This document shows positions 10,826-21,851 of a stretch of DNA of 64,000 nucleotides, in pieces. The position numbers and the translations under genes were made by a program. The DNA lies in NCBI GenBank assembly GCA_016932045.1, contig JAFGDO010000010.1, positions 1,759-65,758 of the forward strand, given 5' to 3'. How positions within the stretch are numbered: position 1 is the stretch's first letter; each line of letters opens with the position of its first letter. Under the pieces are notes generated by a model. It made no database searches. It was not told the DNA's origin and was given only the letters and a program-made list of their open reading frames with translations. This DNA comes from Candidatus Dojkabacteria bacterium. GTDB taxonomy: Bacteria; Patescibacteriota; Dojkabacteria; JAHIVN01.

Positions 10826-12592
10826 CTACTTAACTGTTACACTTTTTGCTAAATTCCTGGGTTTATCAGGAGTATTTCCTAGTTCAACAGCTAGATAATA
10901 AGCCAGCAACTGAAATGTAATAACTTTTGCAATCGGATCGGCAATTCCGGCGTCAACTGTCGGGATAAAATTATCAAATAACTCATTATTCTTACTTGAA
11001 ATTCCAATTACCCAAGCTCCTCTTGCTTTCACTTCTGCAGCAGCACTCAAAAGATCATCTTTAACATCATCTTCCGACACAATAACGAAAACAGGTGTAC
11101 GTTTTTCAATTAAAGCTATAACACCGTGTTTCAGCTCACCCGACGCAAATCCTTCTGCATGCTTATATGCTGTTTCTTTTAGCTTCAAAGCTCCTTCAAG
11201 CGACATATAATAGTTCTGCTCCCTTCCAAGGACAAATATATGCTCTTTACGCAACAATTCCTTTGCAAGCTTTCTTATGTTCTTGAAAAGATCCTCATTG
11301 AAGTACTTCTCAAGCTTTTTTGAGAATTCTTCAATACTTCTTTTCACAAATTTGTGTTTCCCGGCAACTGAAAAAGCAAGCAATAGTCCCCATGCCACTT
11401 GAGACGTAAAGGCTTTTGTAGAAACAACACATATTTCAGGTCCGCTACGAGTAAAGAATGGATAATCCGACATCCGCGGAATGCTGGACCCGACCATATT
11501 TACAATACTCGCAACTTTTGCTTCCCGAGCTTTAGCAGCATCAATAGCCTCAATAGTATCAGCTGTTTCGCCGCTTTGACTAACAGCTATTATCAAATCA
11601 TTTTTTTGGAATAGCTGCTTATAACTATCAACTTCATAGGCCTTTAGTTCAACAGCTGGGATACTTGCATATTTACGTAAGAAATAAGCGATCTGGCCAG
11701 CAGCGAAACTAGCTGTTCCAGAACCAACAGTATAAACGTTCTTTGCTGATTTTATAGACTTCATAAGTCCTTTCAGTTCTTCAATACTATACTGAACTGC
11801 TTCACGAACAGTATGCTTTTGCTCAACAATTTCTTTAAGCATATAATGAGGAAAACCTGCTTTATCTATAGATACGTCCCTATGATCTAGCTTCTGCAGT
11901 TTATACTTTCTCCTTTTGCCATCAGAAACCCTAAAGATATTCACTCCCTCATCGTCCAAAACAACCATTTCCAAGTTGTCAACAAATATGACATCATCTG
12001 TCTTATCAGCAAAAGATAAGGTATCGGAAGCAATAAAAATCTCATCCTTTCCGACGCCAACAACCAAGGGAGATCCGTTACGAACTGCAAAAATTCGTCC
12101 AGCTTTAGTAAGCAGAATAATAGTGTTTCTACCTTGAAGCTTTTTGAAAGCCCAGATAATAGCTTTTTGTAAACCCTTACTGCGCTTTAGCTCATCTTCG
12201 ATAAGTCTTACTATAATTTCAGTATCGGTTTCTGAAATAAACTTATAGCCTCTTGCCGCAAGTCTTCTCTTCAAGTTCTGATAATTTTCTACAATTCCGT
12301 TTTGAGCTAGTACAAAGCTTTTATCCGAAGCATAATGCGGGTGAGCATTTACTTTTGTAACTCCTCCATGTGTTGCCCAGCGAGTATGTCCTATGCCAAT
12401 AACTGCATTATCTTCTCTTTCAAGAACCTTAATATCTCCAATTGCCCCGACCTTTTTAGCCACTGAAATTTTCCCCTTTTTCAAGCTCGATACACCCCAT
12501 GAATCATAACCCCGGTATTCAAGTCTTTTAAGCCCAGTAAGAATTGTATTTAAAGCACCTTTTTTCCCTTTATAGCCGAATATACCACACAT
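10826..12592 (-). CDS. glmS: Glutamine--fructose-6-phosphate transaminase
   Basis: True start MCGIFGY at 12592; LEYRGYDS, GHTRWATHG, SQSGETADT, PRNLAKSVTV. Confidence 0.97.
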   Translation of the reverse strand: MCGIFGYKGKKGALNTILTGLKRLEYRGYDSWGVSSLKKGKISVAKKVGAIGDIKVLEREDNAVIGIGHTRWATHGGVTKVNAHPHYASDKSFVLAQNGIVENYQNLKRRLAARGYKFISETDTEIIVRLIEDELKRSKGLQKAIIWAFKKLQGRNTIILLTKAGRIFAVRNGSPLVVGVGKDEIFIASDTLSFADKTDDVIFVDNLEMVVLDDEGVNIFRVSDGKRRKYKLQKLDHRDVSIDKAGFPHYMLKEIVEQKHTVREAVQYSIEELKGLMKSIKSAKNVYTVGSGTASFAAGQIAYFLRKYASIPAVELKAYEVDSYKQLFQKNDLIIAVSQSGETADTIEAIDAAKAREAKVASIVNMVGSSIPRMSDYPFFTRSGPEICVVSTKAFTSQVAWGLLLAFSVAGKHKFVKRSIEEFSKKLEKYFNEDLFKNIRKLAKELLRKEHIFVLGREQNYYMSLEGALKLKETAYKHAEGFASGELKHGVIALIEKRTPVFVIVSEDDVKDDLLSAAAEVKARGAWVIGISSKNNELFDNFIPTVDAGIADPIAKVITFQLLAYYLAVELGNTPDKPRNLAKSVTVK

Positions 12593-12816
12593 TTTTAAAA
12601 TTAATGTAACATTTATATAGTCTAATTTGCGTCTTGTTATATCTGAAACGATGACTAATTGCATTCCTTACAAATATATGTCATAAGAAGTGAAAGGCAA
12701 AAAGCATAAAGCGCTACGCTAAAAGTTACCAAGCTAGAAAGCTGAAAGCAAATAGAGAACAGCTGATAGCTATGAGATGTAAATTATGAGATATGAGTTA
12801 TTAAGATTTATAAACC

Positions 12817-13548
12817 GTGATTAACTTTTCAGTAATAGTTCCGACATTAAACGAAAGGGTGACTATACCTATACTTCTAAATTCACTCGAAAATCAAACA
12901 CTTAAAACTTTTGAGGTTATAGTTGTCGATAACGGTTCAACGGATGGTACAGTAAATGTTATTAAAAGTATTAAAGAAAAATATCCTTTTCCGATAAGGC
13001 AAGTCTTTTTTAAACAACGTGGAATAAGTCATGCCCGAAACCACGGATCAAAATATGCTAAAGGCAAATATCTCATCTTTTTTGATGCTGATGGAATAGT
13101 GCATAGACAGTGGATTAAAAATGCCGCAGATATTTTAGAGAGGGATAGTGAAATACTTGTCTTGAGTGGTTTCCTAATTTACAGACATTCTAACTTCTTA
13201 AAATTCCTGCTTTATAATAGTTACTCTTCTATTGGATACACAATTCTAATCATACTTCAAAGAGTTTTTAAAATTGGCTATTTTTTTCTGGGGAACAATA
13301 TGCTCATTGATAAAGAATTCTTCACAAAACTCGGCAAGTTCCCCCACATTGTTGGAGAAGATATGGCACTGACTCAGAAAGCTCTATCCTCTATAAAGGA
13401 TCACAAAAGATTTAGGTCAGAATTTAACTTAAAAGTATACAATTCTTCAAGACGTTTTGAGCAAAGAGGGTTCATAAGTTCGCTTATTGGATGGATAGTG
13501 GATTTCAAAAACAAAAAAAGTTCAAGCAAATACGATGTGTATAGATAA
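12817..13548 (+). CDS. Glycosyltransferase family 2
   Basis: SVIVPTLNE, VVDNGSTDGT, FDAD, GED, SSRRF; GTG start. Confidence 0.9.
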   Translation: MINFSVIVPTLNERVTIPILLNSLENQTLKTFEVIVVDNGSTDGTVNVIKSIKEKYPFPIRQVFFKQRGISHARNHGSKYAKGKYLIFFDADGIVHRQWIKNAADILERDSEILVLSGFLIYRHSNFLKFLLYNSYSSIGYTILIILQRVFKIGYFFLGNNMLIDKEFFTKLGKFPHIVGEDMALTQKALSSIKDHKRFRSEFNLKVYNSSRRFEQRGFISSLIGWIVDFKNKKSSSKYDVYR

Positions 13549-13590
13549 ACAGTCAAATAGTTGAATAGCTAGCTAGTTACATTTTTTCCT

Positions 13591-13655
13591 CTAGATGAAG
13601 GTTAAACCTTCATCTAGTATGGATCCATATTGAGACGAAAGTTAAACTTTCGTCC
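13591..13655. repeat. Pair of REP-like palindromes (CTAGATGAAGGTTAAACCTTCATCTAG; GACGAAAGTTAAACTTTCGTC)
   Basis: Near-perfect inverted repeats between convergent genes. Confidence 0.75.
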
Positions 13656-13676
13656 ATTGGGAGTTAGGCTGCTACT

Positions 13677-14429
13677 TCATACCTTTTGCATCCTCCCCTC
13701 AACAGGTTTCAAAAGCTTCTCTCTATGATACTTCGTATTTCGCAAATTAGTCCCAATTCCAAGATATATCTTGTGTCCACCTATTCTTTCAAGAAGCCCC
13801 ATACCTAGAACAACGCCATAATCACGTATATCAAACTTCCATTTGAGAAAATTTTTGTCAAGATATTTTGTAGCAGATTTGTTAAGCTCATCAAAAGACA
13901 AATTGGTATCTATATCTATCTGGAAATGAGGGATCCATTCATCAGAGTAGCCTTTACCAAACTCAGATAATACTATCTCAAATAAAGGGGACTCCCACTT
14001 GACTTTGTCACCTATGAAAAACCATCTCGAGGTTTTGTTACCAGAATCTTCTTCAAAAATTTCCACATCGGCATTTTCAGCAATTCTTTTATAATAAGCC
14101 ACTTCCTTTTCAATAAAATTACATGAATAACTTACTCCTAGATGATTTAATCTTACTATTTGAGGGCGCATATTCCTGATAAATTCTTTAAAACTAGACA
14201 AAAGGGAAATATCTCTCATTCCTTGCTTCTTTGTCTTCATTTTTGAAGTTATTTCTTTACCAAGAATGCTAACTTTTTCTCCGACTACCTGGGCCAGCTC
14301 TCCAGTTTTTAGCCTTAGAGAGCAACTGGCACCCTCTACTAATAAACTCTTTGTTTCTAAATCATCTGAGAGTATTTGAAGGTACATACATACTTTACTT
14401 AAATAAGACATACCCCGCAAATCCTTCAT
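13677..14429 (-). CDS. Hypothetical protein (possible VOC-like fold)
   Basis: 250 aa ORF; RLNHLGVS and PHFQIDID motifs. Confidence 0.6.
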   Translation of the reverse strand: MKDLRGMSYLSKVCMYLQILSDDLETKSLLVEGASCSLRLKTGELAQVVGEKVSILGKEITSKMKTKKQGMRDISLLSSFKEFIRNMRPQIVRLNHLGVSYSCNFIEKEVAYYKRIAENADVEIFEEDSGNKTSRWFFIGDKVKWESPLFEIVLSEFGKGYSDEWIPHFQIDIDTNLSFDELNKSATKYLDKNFLKWKFDIRDYGVVLGMGLLERIGGHKIYLGIGTNLRNTKYHREKLLKPVEGRMQKV

Positions 14430-14848
14430 AAGTAATTTATATAGTTAAAGCATATTCCATTATATATTTTTATATCATCATAGCACTGCAGAGCGCCATC
14501 CTCAAATAAAATAACATAATTTGATTCTAAAAGTACAGCACCTTTCTAACTTGGAGTAATAATGTTTATTATAAACTCAACACAGGAAGGTACAAATTAA
14601 CTATAAAATTCAGAACAGTCATTTTATTCTAGCTTCTTCAAAATATTTCGAAACTACGAATACTTTATTTACTCTATTATAGGTTGCTCTGAGTAAGTAT
14701 ATTCTGGTAATATGAATTACTTGTGTCAAATTATAAAAGGCGACACCTCTGATATCTATATAAAGAAAACGGCGTTCCCTGGTAATACTCCCAAGGATAT
14801 TCTCAATTTTAGATAAATAACTATTTTTTACACGTTACTTTACACAGC

Positions 14849-17173
14849 ATGACCAGAAGACAATATTATAGGTCACGCGGCCGAAAAAGATTCTTTAGTA
14901 GATATCATAATAATCCACGGATTACAAGCATAAGAAAAAAAACAGTAAATCCATTACTTAGGAAAGCAAAAATGATAGGGGGAATTCTCGTAAATATTAT
15001 ACTTTTTTCCTTAATCTTTGTCTTACTATGGTGTCTTGCAATTATCGGCAAATACTCAAAGGATATCCCCAATCCAAATGAACCTTTTGAAAGGAAAGAA
15101 GATTTAACTAGTCACATATATGACAGAAATGGAAACGAACTATACAAAATACATGGGGATCAAAACAGAGAACTTGTTGAAGTTGAAGAAGTTCCTATAA
15201 GCGTATTGTGGGCCTTCCTGGCTTCTGAAGACATAGATTTCTATTCACATAATGGCATAGATTTTGGAGGTACTTTTATGGCACTGCTACATGATTGCTG
15301 CAATATTGGACAGCCAAGGGGTGGATCAACAATTACACAACAAATGCTCAAGAATACTGTACTATCGAATGAACGCACCTACGAGCGAAAAGCGAAAGAA
15401 ATCATCTTAAGCCTCAGAGTCGAACAAAAGTACAAAAAGAATGAAATTTTAAAACTGTATTTAAATGAAATAGGTTTCGGAGGAAACACATATGGTATCA
15501 AAACTGCTGCAAATGTATATTTCGACAAAGATGTAAAGGAGTTAACTCTTGGTGAAGCCGCTCTTCTTGCCGGTCTTCCACAAGCCCCGGGGAGATACTC
15601 TCCGCTATTTGCAGCAGATACTCAAGAAGCACAAAAGCTTGCTAAAGAAAGGCAGATTTATGTTTTGGATCAAATGCAGGAAAAAAAAGAGTTGATAAAC
15701 CAATATATTCAAGAATATAACACTTGGACTACCGATAAAGTCGAAATAACTGACGATATTATTCAAACCGCAAGAGAAGAGGAGATCACCTTTGCAGATG
15801 GGAAAATAGATATAAAAGCTCCTCATTTTGTTTTTTTTGTACAAGAAGAATTACAGATCGGCACTTATAATAGGGGGAAGTCCTTTACGCTTTCAGAAAT
15901 CGAACGAGGAGGGCTGAAGATAACAACCTCCCTCGATCTTGAACTCCAAGAAATTGCAGAAAGACACATAAAAGATGGCATACCCAAATGGGTGATTCCG
16001 CACGGTGGGTATAATGCCGCGCTTGTCACTTTGGACCCAGACACTGGGCAAATACTTGCTATGGTGGGATCTGGGGACTATTTTGGACAAAATTTCCCCG
16101 AGGGTTGCACTCCTGGTTTAGATTGCAAGTTTGAACCCAATGTAAACGTTGCCATTTCCTTGCGTCAGCCCGGATCGTCTATAAAACCTATGGTTTATTT
16201 TACAGGCTTTGAAACAGGACAGCTATATCCTGCTTATCCATTTGTTGATATGCCAATAAAGTTTTCAGACAACTATGAGCCAAGAAACAACAGCGGAACA
16301 TTCCTATATGGACCAATAAACTTAAGGCAGGCACTTCGGGAATCTTTAAATATTCCAGCCGTTGAAGCAACAGAAATTATTGGTGTTGATAATTTCGTTA
16401 AAAGTTTACAAAGACTTGGATATACAACCTATGACAGTTCTGCCTATTTTGGACCGGCAATAGGAGTAGGAGCAGGTGATGTTAAACTCATTGAGCATGT
16501 AAATGCCTTTGCTGTTTTTGCAGCAAATGGTATACATAATAAGCCGTCACCAATTCTCAGAGTCGAGGATTCAGAAGGAAATCTCCTTTACGATTACTAC
16601 CTAGACGAAAAGGAGAAGGGGATTAAAGTTGCAGATGAAAGGGCGTGCTATCTCATTAATGATGTAGCTAAATTTTACCACTATCGCCCTTCAAAGCCTG
16701 GATATGAATTTGCAGGAAAGACAGGGACATCCGATAATAACACCAATACTTACTATATAGGATGGTCGCCGGAAGTAGTCACGGGTATCTGGGTAGGAAA
16801 TAACGACAACTCAAGAATGTATAGATCCGCCTACGGATATACAACAGCGAGATACATTTGGATGGCTTACAACGAAGAAATACTTGAAAGGTTTCCTGCA
16901 GCAAAATTCCAAAGACCTCCTGGCATAGTGACTGCATCTGTATGCCAAGACAGCGGTCTCCTAGCTACGGGAAACTGCAGCGCAATAAGCGATCTCTTCA
17001 TTGCTGACAAACTCCCATCAGTTGACACTTCAACTTCGGCACAAAAGTCGTGTTCTTATGAAGTAAATAGGGATGATCCAAGCATAAAAAAATGGGTTTG
17101 TTCAAATAAATATAGCCGCTACATCAAGGCACCTAAGCCTGAATGGCAGGTGTATTGGGATAAGGTATTTTGA
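14849..17173 (+). CDS. Class A penicillin-binding protein (PBP1A family), paralog 1
   Basis: TG motifs ASEDIDFYSH, GGSTITQQ, RKAKE; TP motifs SSIK, SLN, KTG. Confidence 0.94.
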   Translation: MTRRQYYRSRGRKRFFSRYHNNPRITSIRKKTVNPLLRKAKMIGGILVNIILFSLIFVLLWCLAIIGKYSKDIPNPNEPFERKEDLTSHIYDRNGNELYKIHGDQNRELVEVEEVPISVLWAFLASEDIDFYSHNGIDFGGTFMALLHDCCNIGQPRGGSTITQQMLKNTVLSNERTYERKAKEIILSLRVEQKYKKNEILKLYLNEIGFGGNTYGIKTAANVYFDKDVKELTLGEAALLAGLPQAPGRYSPLFAADTQEAQKLAKERQIYVLDQMQEKKELINQYIQEYNTWTTDKVEITDDIIQTAREEEITFADGKIDIKAPHFVFFVQEELQIGTYNRGKSFTLSEIERGGLKITTSLDLELQEIAERHIKDGIPKWVIPHGGYNAALVTLDPDTGQILAMVGSGDYFGQNFPEGCTPGLDCKFEPNVNVAISLRQPGSSIKPMVYFTGFETGQLYPAYPFVDMPIKFSDNYEPRNNSGTFLYGPINLRQALRESLNIPAVEATEIIGVDNFVKSLQRLGYTTYDSSAYFGPAIGVGAGDVKLIEHVNAFAVFAANGIHNKPSPILRVEDSEGNLLYDYYLDEKEKGIKVADERACYLINDVAKFYHYRPSKPGYEFAGKTGTSDNNTNTYYIGWSPEVVTGIWVGNNDNSRMYRSAYGYTTARYIWMAYNEEILERFPAAKFQRPPGIVTASVCQDSGLLATGNCSAISDLFIADKLPSVDTSTSAQKSCSYEVNRDDPSIKKWVCSNKYSRYIKAPKPEWQVYWDKVF

Positions 17174-17181
17174 TTCATAGT

Positions 17182-17214
17182 TGCCGGTTTAAAGCTCCAG
17201 CTTTGAACCAGCAA
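17182..17214 (+). terminator. Hairpin after the PBP gene, possible terminator
   Basis: GGTTTAAAGCT-CC-AGCTTTGAACC stem; no U tract. Confidence 0.4.
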
Positions 17215-17374
17215 GACAATTGAAGGTTTTTCCTTCAATCAGTACTGAAAAATAAGATAAGGAGCAAAAGTCCCTTGTACCAAAGGTTAGTTTAACCCTC
17301 CACGATTGAACAATTTATCACTTGCAAGATCTTTTGAAAAATATAAGAATAAGACTAACTAAAAGAATAGTAAA

Positions 17375-18349
17375 ATGAAAAGTAAGCTAAAGATCATAAT
17401 TCTTCTTATATTTGCAACTTTGTCTATACTCCTTTTGCTTCCCTATATTATTCCCCTTAAGAGAATGGAGACTTGTACAAAAGAAGACCTAGTCTCAGAT
17501 AATGGTACTTTCCTACTTGTTGAAGGGAAACAAATTTATATAGAAGATTTTGGCAGTAAAAGTTCAGAAAAAGTTCTAGTATTCATTCACGGATTTGGAT
17601 CGAACAATTATTCCTGGAGAAAGAACATCCCTTTCTTCACCGAAAAAGGCTATAGAGCCATAGCCATAGAACTTTTAGGCTTTGGTTTATCTGATAAAGA
17701 CTGGAAATCAGATTATTCTCATCCAGCCCAAGCTGATAGGATAAAAAGTATTCTGGATCAACTAGAACTTAATAATGTAACATTAGTGGGTCATAGTATG
17801 GGAGGAAATGTTGCAGTGCATTTTACTCATAAATATCCAGAATATGTTGATAAGTTAATATTAGTCGATGGGTCAGTCTTTACAAAGTCCATCAATGGAC
17901 ATCCAAATCTTCCCCTTAGTTTCTTTCTCGAATTACCGCCAATCAGAAGAACTGCTCGTCATATCTTAAGATTTTTCCTTACTGAAGAAAGATCAAAGCA
18001 GATATTCCAGAGTACATTCTATAATAAAGATTATTTAACAAACGAAATACTTGAAGGTTATGGAGAAAGAACAATAATAGGCGAGTGGGACCTTTCCTTA
18101 CTTGCAGCAACAAGAGATTACAACAGAAATATGATAAAATTTGAATTACAAGAAATAAAGACCACTACACTTGTTATAACAGGAGATAATGACACATGGG
18201 TTAGCCCTGATTTAGCAGAGCGAATCAGCAGGGAAATTGAGCCTTCAGAACTTATAATTATTTCTAATGCTGGTCATCTGCCTATGGAAGAACAATCTGA
18301 AATCTTTAACCAAGAACTATACGCATTCTTAACTACTGATTATGAATAA
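17375..18349 (+). CDS. Alpha/beta hydrolase, N-terminally anchored
   Basis: HGFG, GHSMGG nucleophile elbow, AGHLP. Confidence 0.9.
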   Translation: MKSKLKIIILLIFATLSILLLLPYIIPLKRMETCTKEDLVSDNGTFLLVEGKQIYIEDFGSKSSEKVLVFIHGFGSNNYSWRKNIPFFTEKGYRAIAIELLGFGLSDKDWKSDYSHPAQADRIKSILDQLELNNVTLVGHSMGGNVAVHFTHKYPEYVDKLILVDGSVFTKSINGHPNLPLSFFLELPPIRRTARHILRFFLTEERSKQIFQSTFYNKDYLTNEILEGYGERTIIGEWDLSLLAATRDYNRNMIKFELQEIKTTTLVITGDNDTWVSPDLAERISREIEPSELIIISNAGHLPMEEQSEIFNQELYAFLTTDYE

Positions 18350-18432
18350 TTGTCATAAGTCCATAAAAGATCAAGTTTTATCGAACATCTATATTGTGTG
18401 ATCTATTCTTTTCTTTTATCTGTAAATATAAC

Positions 18433-19152
18433 ATGGGTGATCTTCTTCCTACCAAAAAAGCATTTGTTCATAAAGATCCCAAAGCCATCCTTGATTACTG
18501 GGAACAGCAGTTCAGTACGTCTTATAAAATAGGCAAAATCAGTAGTGAGAATCAAAAAATACTAAAAACCCTAGTCAAAAACGTCTCAAAAGGGAAAATG
18601 CTTGATAATGGCTGTGGTGAAGGTAGGATAAAGCAATTTTTCGAAAAACTGGGGTGGGAAGTCTACGGAAGTGACATTTCTTCAAATGCAATTAAGAAGG
18701 CATCCGAAATAACTCCAGTGAATTTAGTTTGTGCTCCATGCGAGAATTTACCTTTTCGGGACAAATTTTTCGATGCACAGATTTCGTGGAGAGTGCTTCA
18801 CAGTATCCCAAAACCAAAAAGGAAAAAAGCAGTAAAAGAAATGGCCCGTGTACTCAAAAAGAATAGCCTTCTTTTCTGTTCTGTACAAACAGCAGATGAC
18901 AAAGAAACGATCAGTAAGTATAGAAAACATGGTATTGAGTTGAATTATGATAGGCTTTCCTTTGTTGCTGACATAATGGTGGAGGGAAGAAAAGTCCAGA
19001 GATTAAAGCACTTTTATACAAAAAAAGACATCTTTCAAGAAATTGAATCAGGAGGATTATTTCAAGTCGAAAAAATCCTTCTTTATAAGGAAAAATGTGG
19101 ATGGAGTAATAAGAAGCAAACGTACTGGATAGTAACTGCCAAAAAATTTTAA
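18433..19152 (+). CDS. Class I SAM-dependent methyltransferase
   Basis: LDNGCGEG, LPFRDKFFD, EMARVLK; ATG at 18433. Confidence 0.88.
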   Translation: MGDLLPTKKAFVHKDPKAILDYWEQQFSTSYKIGKISSENQKILKTLVKNVSKGKMLDNGCGEGRIKQFFEKLGWEVYGSDISSNAIKKASEITPVNLVCAPCENLPFRDKFFDAQISWRVLHSIPKPKRKKAVKEMARVLKKNSLLFCSVQTADDKETISKYRKHGIELNYDRLSFVADIMVEGRKVQRLKHFYTKKDIFQEIESGGLFQVEKILLYKEKCGWSNKKQTYWIVTAKKF

Positions 19153-19164
19153 AAGAACAAAACT

Positions 19165-19392
19165 ATGCCTTGGCATTTATACTCACCAGATGGGATTACA
19201 CCTGCCCCGCAATATATGGATAAAGGAGAATCCGAACCAAGCCTGGGTAGACAAGCGGCTATTGCAATGGCAATACTCATTCTTGCAGCAAGTTGCGCTT
19301 TGTGCGGAAGACGTGAACAAAGAGATATTCAAAGTCCCATGACAACTCCTGTGGCAGAAAGACCAACTCTTCCTCAGATAGTTGAGCCCTAA
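19165..19392 (+). CDS. Small hypothetical membrane protein or lipoprotein
   Basis: Hydrophobic stretch ending LAASC; Pro-rich tail. Confidence 0.5.
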   Translation: MPWHLYSPDGITPAPQYMDKGESEPSLGRQAAIAMAILILAASCALCGRREQRDIQSPMTTPVAERPTLPQIVEP

Positions 19393-19410
19393 TCTAAACC
19401 AGAATTAATA

Positions 19411-19434
19411 GACAAGTGGCTTAAGCCCTTTGTC
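19411..19434. repeat. GGGGCTTAAGCCCC-family palindrome, copy 1 (imperfect)
   Basis: GACAAGTGGCTTAAGCCCTTTGTC. Confidence 0.75.
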
Positions 19435-19474
19435 CTAGAAGTTGATCCATCCGCCCCACTACCAAATACCAAAC

Positions 19475-19508
19475 CTGGTCATTACGCAAAATCTTGCGTA
19501 ATGACTGG
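19475..19508. repeat. Palindrome GTCATTACGCAA-AATC-TTGCGTAATGAC
   Basis: 12-bp perfect inverted repeat upstream of murB. Confidence 0.7.
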
Positions 19509-19588
19509 ACTAGTCAAATCTGTTATACTTAACAAGACGCAACGTTTAAGTAGTACAATCACTAATACTATTGGTAACAATTTTTACT

Positions 19589-20731
19589 ATGAAAGAAAAG
19601 CTGGAAATACTTGTGAAACAACTTAATCCGAAGTACACAAAGATCAATGAGCCGCTATCAAATCACACCACATTAAAAATCGGAGGACCCGCAGACATTT
19701 TATACGAAGCTTTTGATACAAAAGATCTTGTGAATACTGTAAAACTAGCTAAACTCCAGGAAATACCAGTTACAGTACTCGGCAGGGGGAGTAATGTTCT
19801 TGTTTCTGACGATGGCATCCGTGGGCTTGTTATTCAAAACCTAAGTAAAACCATAAAGATAGGTGGTGAAAAGCCTGTGCACGAAGACCATGTTGAAGTG
19901 ACAGCAAGATGGGAGTCGGATCACAAAGAAGGCACTTTTCGCGGTATAGAATTTAAAGATCTTGATTATGATGAGTCGGACAAGGACCGAATCGAAGTGG
20001 TCATGGATAGTGGGGTAGATCTCCCATTTGCACTGAAATACACGTTAGACAAAGAAATTACTGGCCTGCAGTGGTATGCAGGAATACCAGGAACTATTGG
20101 AGGAGCAGTTTTCAATAATATTCATGGTGGAACGCACTTTTTGAGTGAAATACTGGAAAGCGTAAAAATCATAAATAAAGAACTGGAAATTAAAGAATTA
20201 AGAATTAAAGACCTAGGTGTTGATTATGATAAAAGTAGATTTCATGATACAGGGGAGATAATCTTGCAAGCAACGTTCAATCTTTATAAAGGAGATAGCC
20301 AAAAAGCTAAGCTTACTGCCCTAGAATGGGCAAAAAGGAAGAAAATTCAACCGCGAAACTCTCCTGGTTGCGTCTTTGCAAACATTACCCAGGAGCAAAA
20401 GGAAAGACTTAAGTACCCAACAACCGCTGTTGGCTATATAATCGAGCACGTAGTAAAAATGTCCGGTTTTAAAATAGGGGATGCAGCTATATACAAAGAA
20501 CACCACAACTTTGTAGTGAACAAAGGAGATGCTACTGCGAATGATTATTTAGCAGTAATGAAGGAAATGCATAAAAGAGTAAAAGAGGAAATTGGCATCG
20601 AATTAGTTCCTGAAATTATACTACTTGGCTTTAAGCCAGAGGAAATAAGAGAATTCACGAAAGAGGAGCAGAAAGAACTTAGAAAGGTAAGAAATAAGGA
20701 AATAAAGACGGTATACAAGAGTAAGGTCTGA
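19589..20731 (+). CDS. murB: UDP-N-acetylenolpyruvoylglucosamine reductase with an acidic insertion
   Basis: HTTLKIGGPAD, LGRGSNVLVSDDG, GIPGTIGGA, SPGCVFAN, HHNFVVN, LVPEI. Confidence 0.92.
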   Translation: MKEKLEILVKQLNPKYTKINEPLSNHTTLKIGGPADILYEAFDTKDLVNTVKLAKLQEIPVTVLGRGSNVLVSDDGIRGLVIQNLSKTIKIGGEKPVHEDHVEVTARWESDHKEGTFRGIEFKDLDYDESDKDRIEVVMDSGVDLPFALKYTLDKEITGLQWYAGIPGTIGGAVFNNIHGGTHFLSEILESVKIINKELEIKELRIKDLGVDYDKSRFHDTGEIILQATFNLYKGDSQKAKLTALEWAKRKKIQPRNSPGCVFANITQEQKERLKYPTTAVGYIIEHVVKMSGFKIGDAAIYKEHHNFVVNKGDATANDYLAVMKEMHKRVKEEIGIELVPEIILLGFKPEEIREFTKEEQKELRKVRNKEIKTVYKSKV

Positions 20732-20786
20732 ATTTTTTCGGACCTCAATAGGAATCGAAATAACTATTTAATGTTACTAATTCTCA

Positions 20787-21590
20787 ATGAAAATAAGACA
20801 CCTACAACTAAATACTTCTGTTCTAAAACACCCGCAAAAAGTGATGGATTTCATCACTAAAAAGAACGTTGATGTTGCCTGTCTTCAAGAAATTGTTTAT
20901 CCAATCAGTAAAGAAAGCCCAATGAGAAAGTTATCTAAAAAAACCGGGTATAACTACGAAGAAGGAGTCCACTTCTACTTTCTACCAGATAACAAGACTG
21001 TAGCGATGGCTATTCTTTCTAAATGGAAAGTAATAGAGAAAACACTCCATTACTACAATACAACAAGTTATGAACCCAAAGAATTGAGGAAAGAGAAACT
21101 CATAAGTGTGAATCTGCTTGACGACAAAAAAGAGGCTGATTTTCCAGCCTCAAGAGGCCTAAAACACTGGGTAAAGTCGAGATGCATCATAAATACCCTT
21201 ATAGATGCTCCAAAAGGACTTTTAAGGGTCATAACTTCACATAACACTGTCTCAAGTCTTTGTACTGAAACAGTACAAATGTACGAAATGGCTCAGATGG
21301 TAAATTCTATAGTAAAACATGCTAAAAAGTATCCTACTATATATTCAGCTGATCTAAATATACGGCCGCAATCGTATTCAGTAAAGAAAATCTCTGAAGT
21401 AATGACATGTCATACAGAAGATTTTACAGATACATTGGCGAAGTCACATGTTGCAAAAAAGAAAGACTTTCCCGAAGGCCTAGCTGTCGATCACGTATTC
21501 TCTATTGGACTGAAACACTTAGAAACAAAACTTGAAGATGTAGATTTTTCTGAACACAAAGCTGTGCTATCAGAATTCGAACTCTTTTAG
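20787..21590 (+). CDS. Endonuclease/exonuclease/phosphatase family protein
   Basis: DVACLQE, ADLN, VDHVF, SEHKAV. Confidence 0.82.
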   Translation: MKIRHLQLNTSVLKHPQKVMDFITKKNVDVACLQEIVYPISKESPMRKLSKKTGYNYEEGVHFYFLPDNKTVAMAILSKWKVIEKTLHYYNTTSYEPKELRKEKLISVNLLDDKKEADFPASRGLKHWVKSRCIINTLIDAPKGLLRVITSHNTVSSLCTETVQMYEMAQMVNSIVKHAKKYPTIYSADLNIRPQSYSVKKISEVMTCHTEDFTDTLAKSHVAKKKDFPEGLAVDHVFSIGLKHLETKLEDVDFSEHKAVLSEFELF

Positions 21591-21610
21591 GACTATATTC
21601 ATCTCCTGAA

Positions 21611-21630
21611 CAAGGGGCTTAAGCCCCTTG
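21611..21630. repeat. GGGGCTTAAGCCCC-family palindrome, copy 2
   Basis: CAAGGGGCTTAAGCCCCTTG perfect palindrome. Confidence 0.85.
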
Positions 21631-21851
21631 CCTAGATCACAACATACTCAACCTATAAACAACATTCGGTATTTATGATAGGATTGAAGTAGCTAAACAC
21701 ATAGTTGCATAGTTACATAGCTAAGGAATTAAATAGATACTTGGCACTTTAGCTATTTAACTATCAGACTATGTAACTATTGAAGGATTATCTAACAAAT
21801 TGCACTTAATATTATCAATAATTATTTTCAAAATTTAAAAAGGCAATAATA

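Noticed and set aside
12593-12816. glmS ribozyme
   Set aside because: No AGCGCC cleavage-site core or matching helices are visible on the minus strand.
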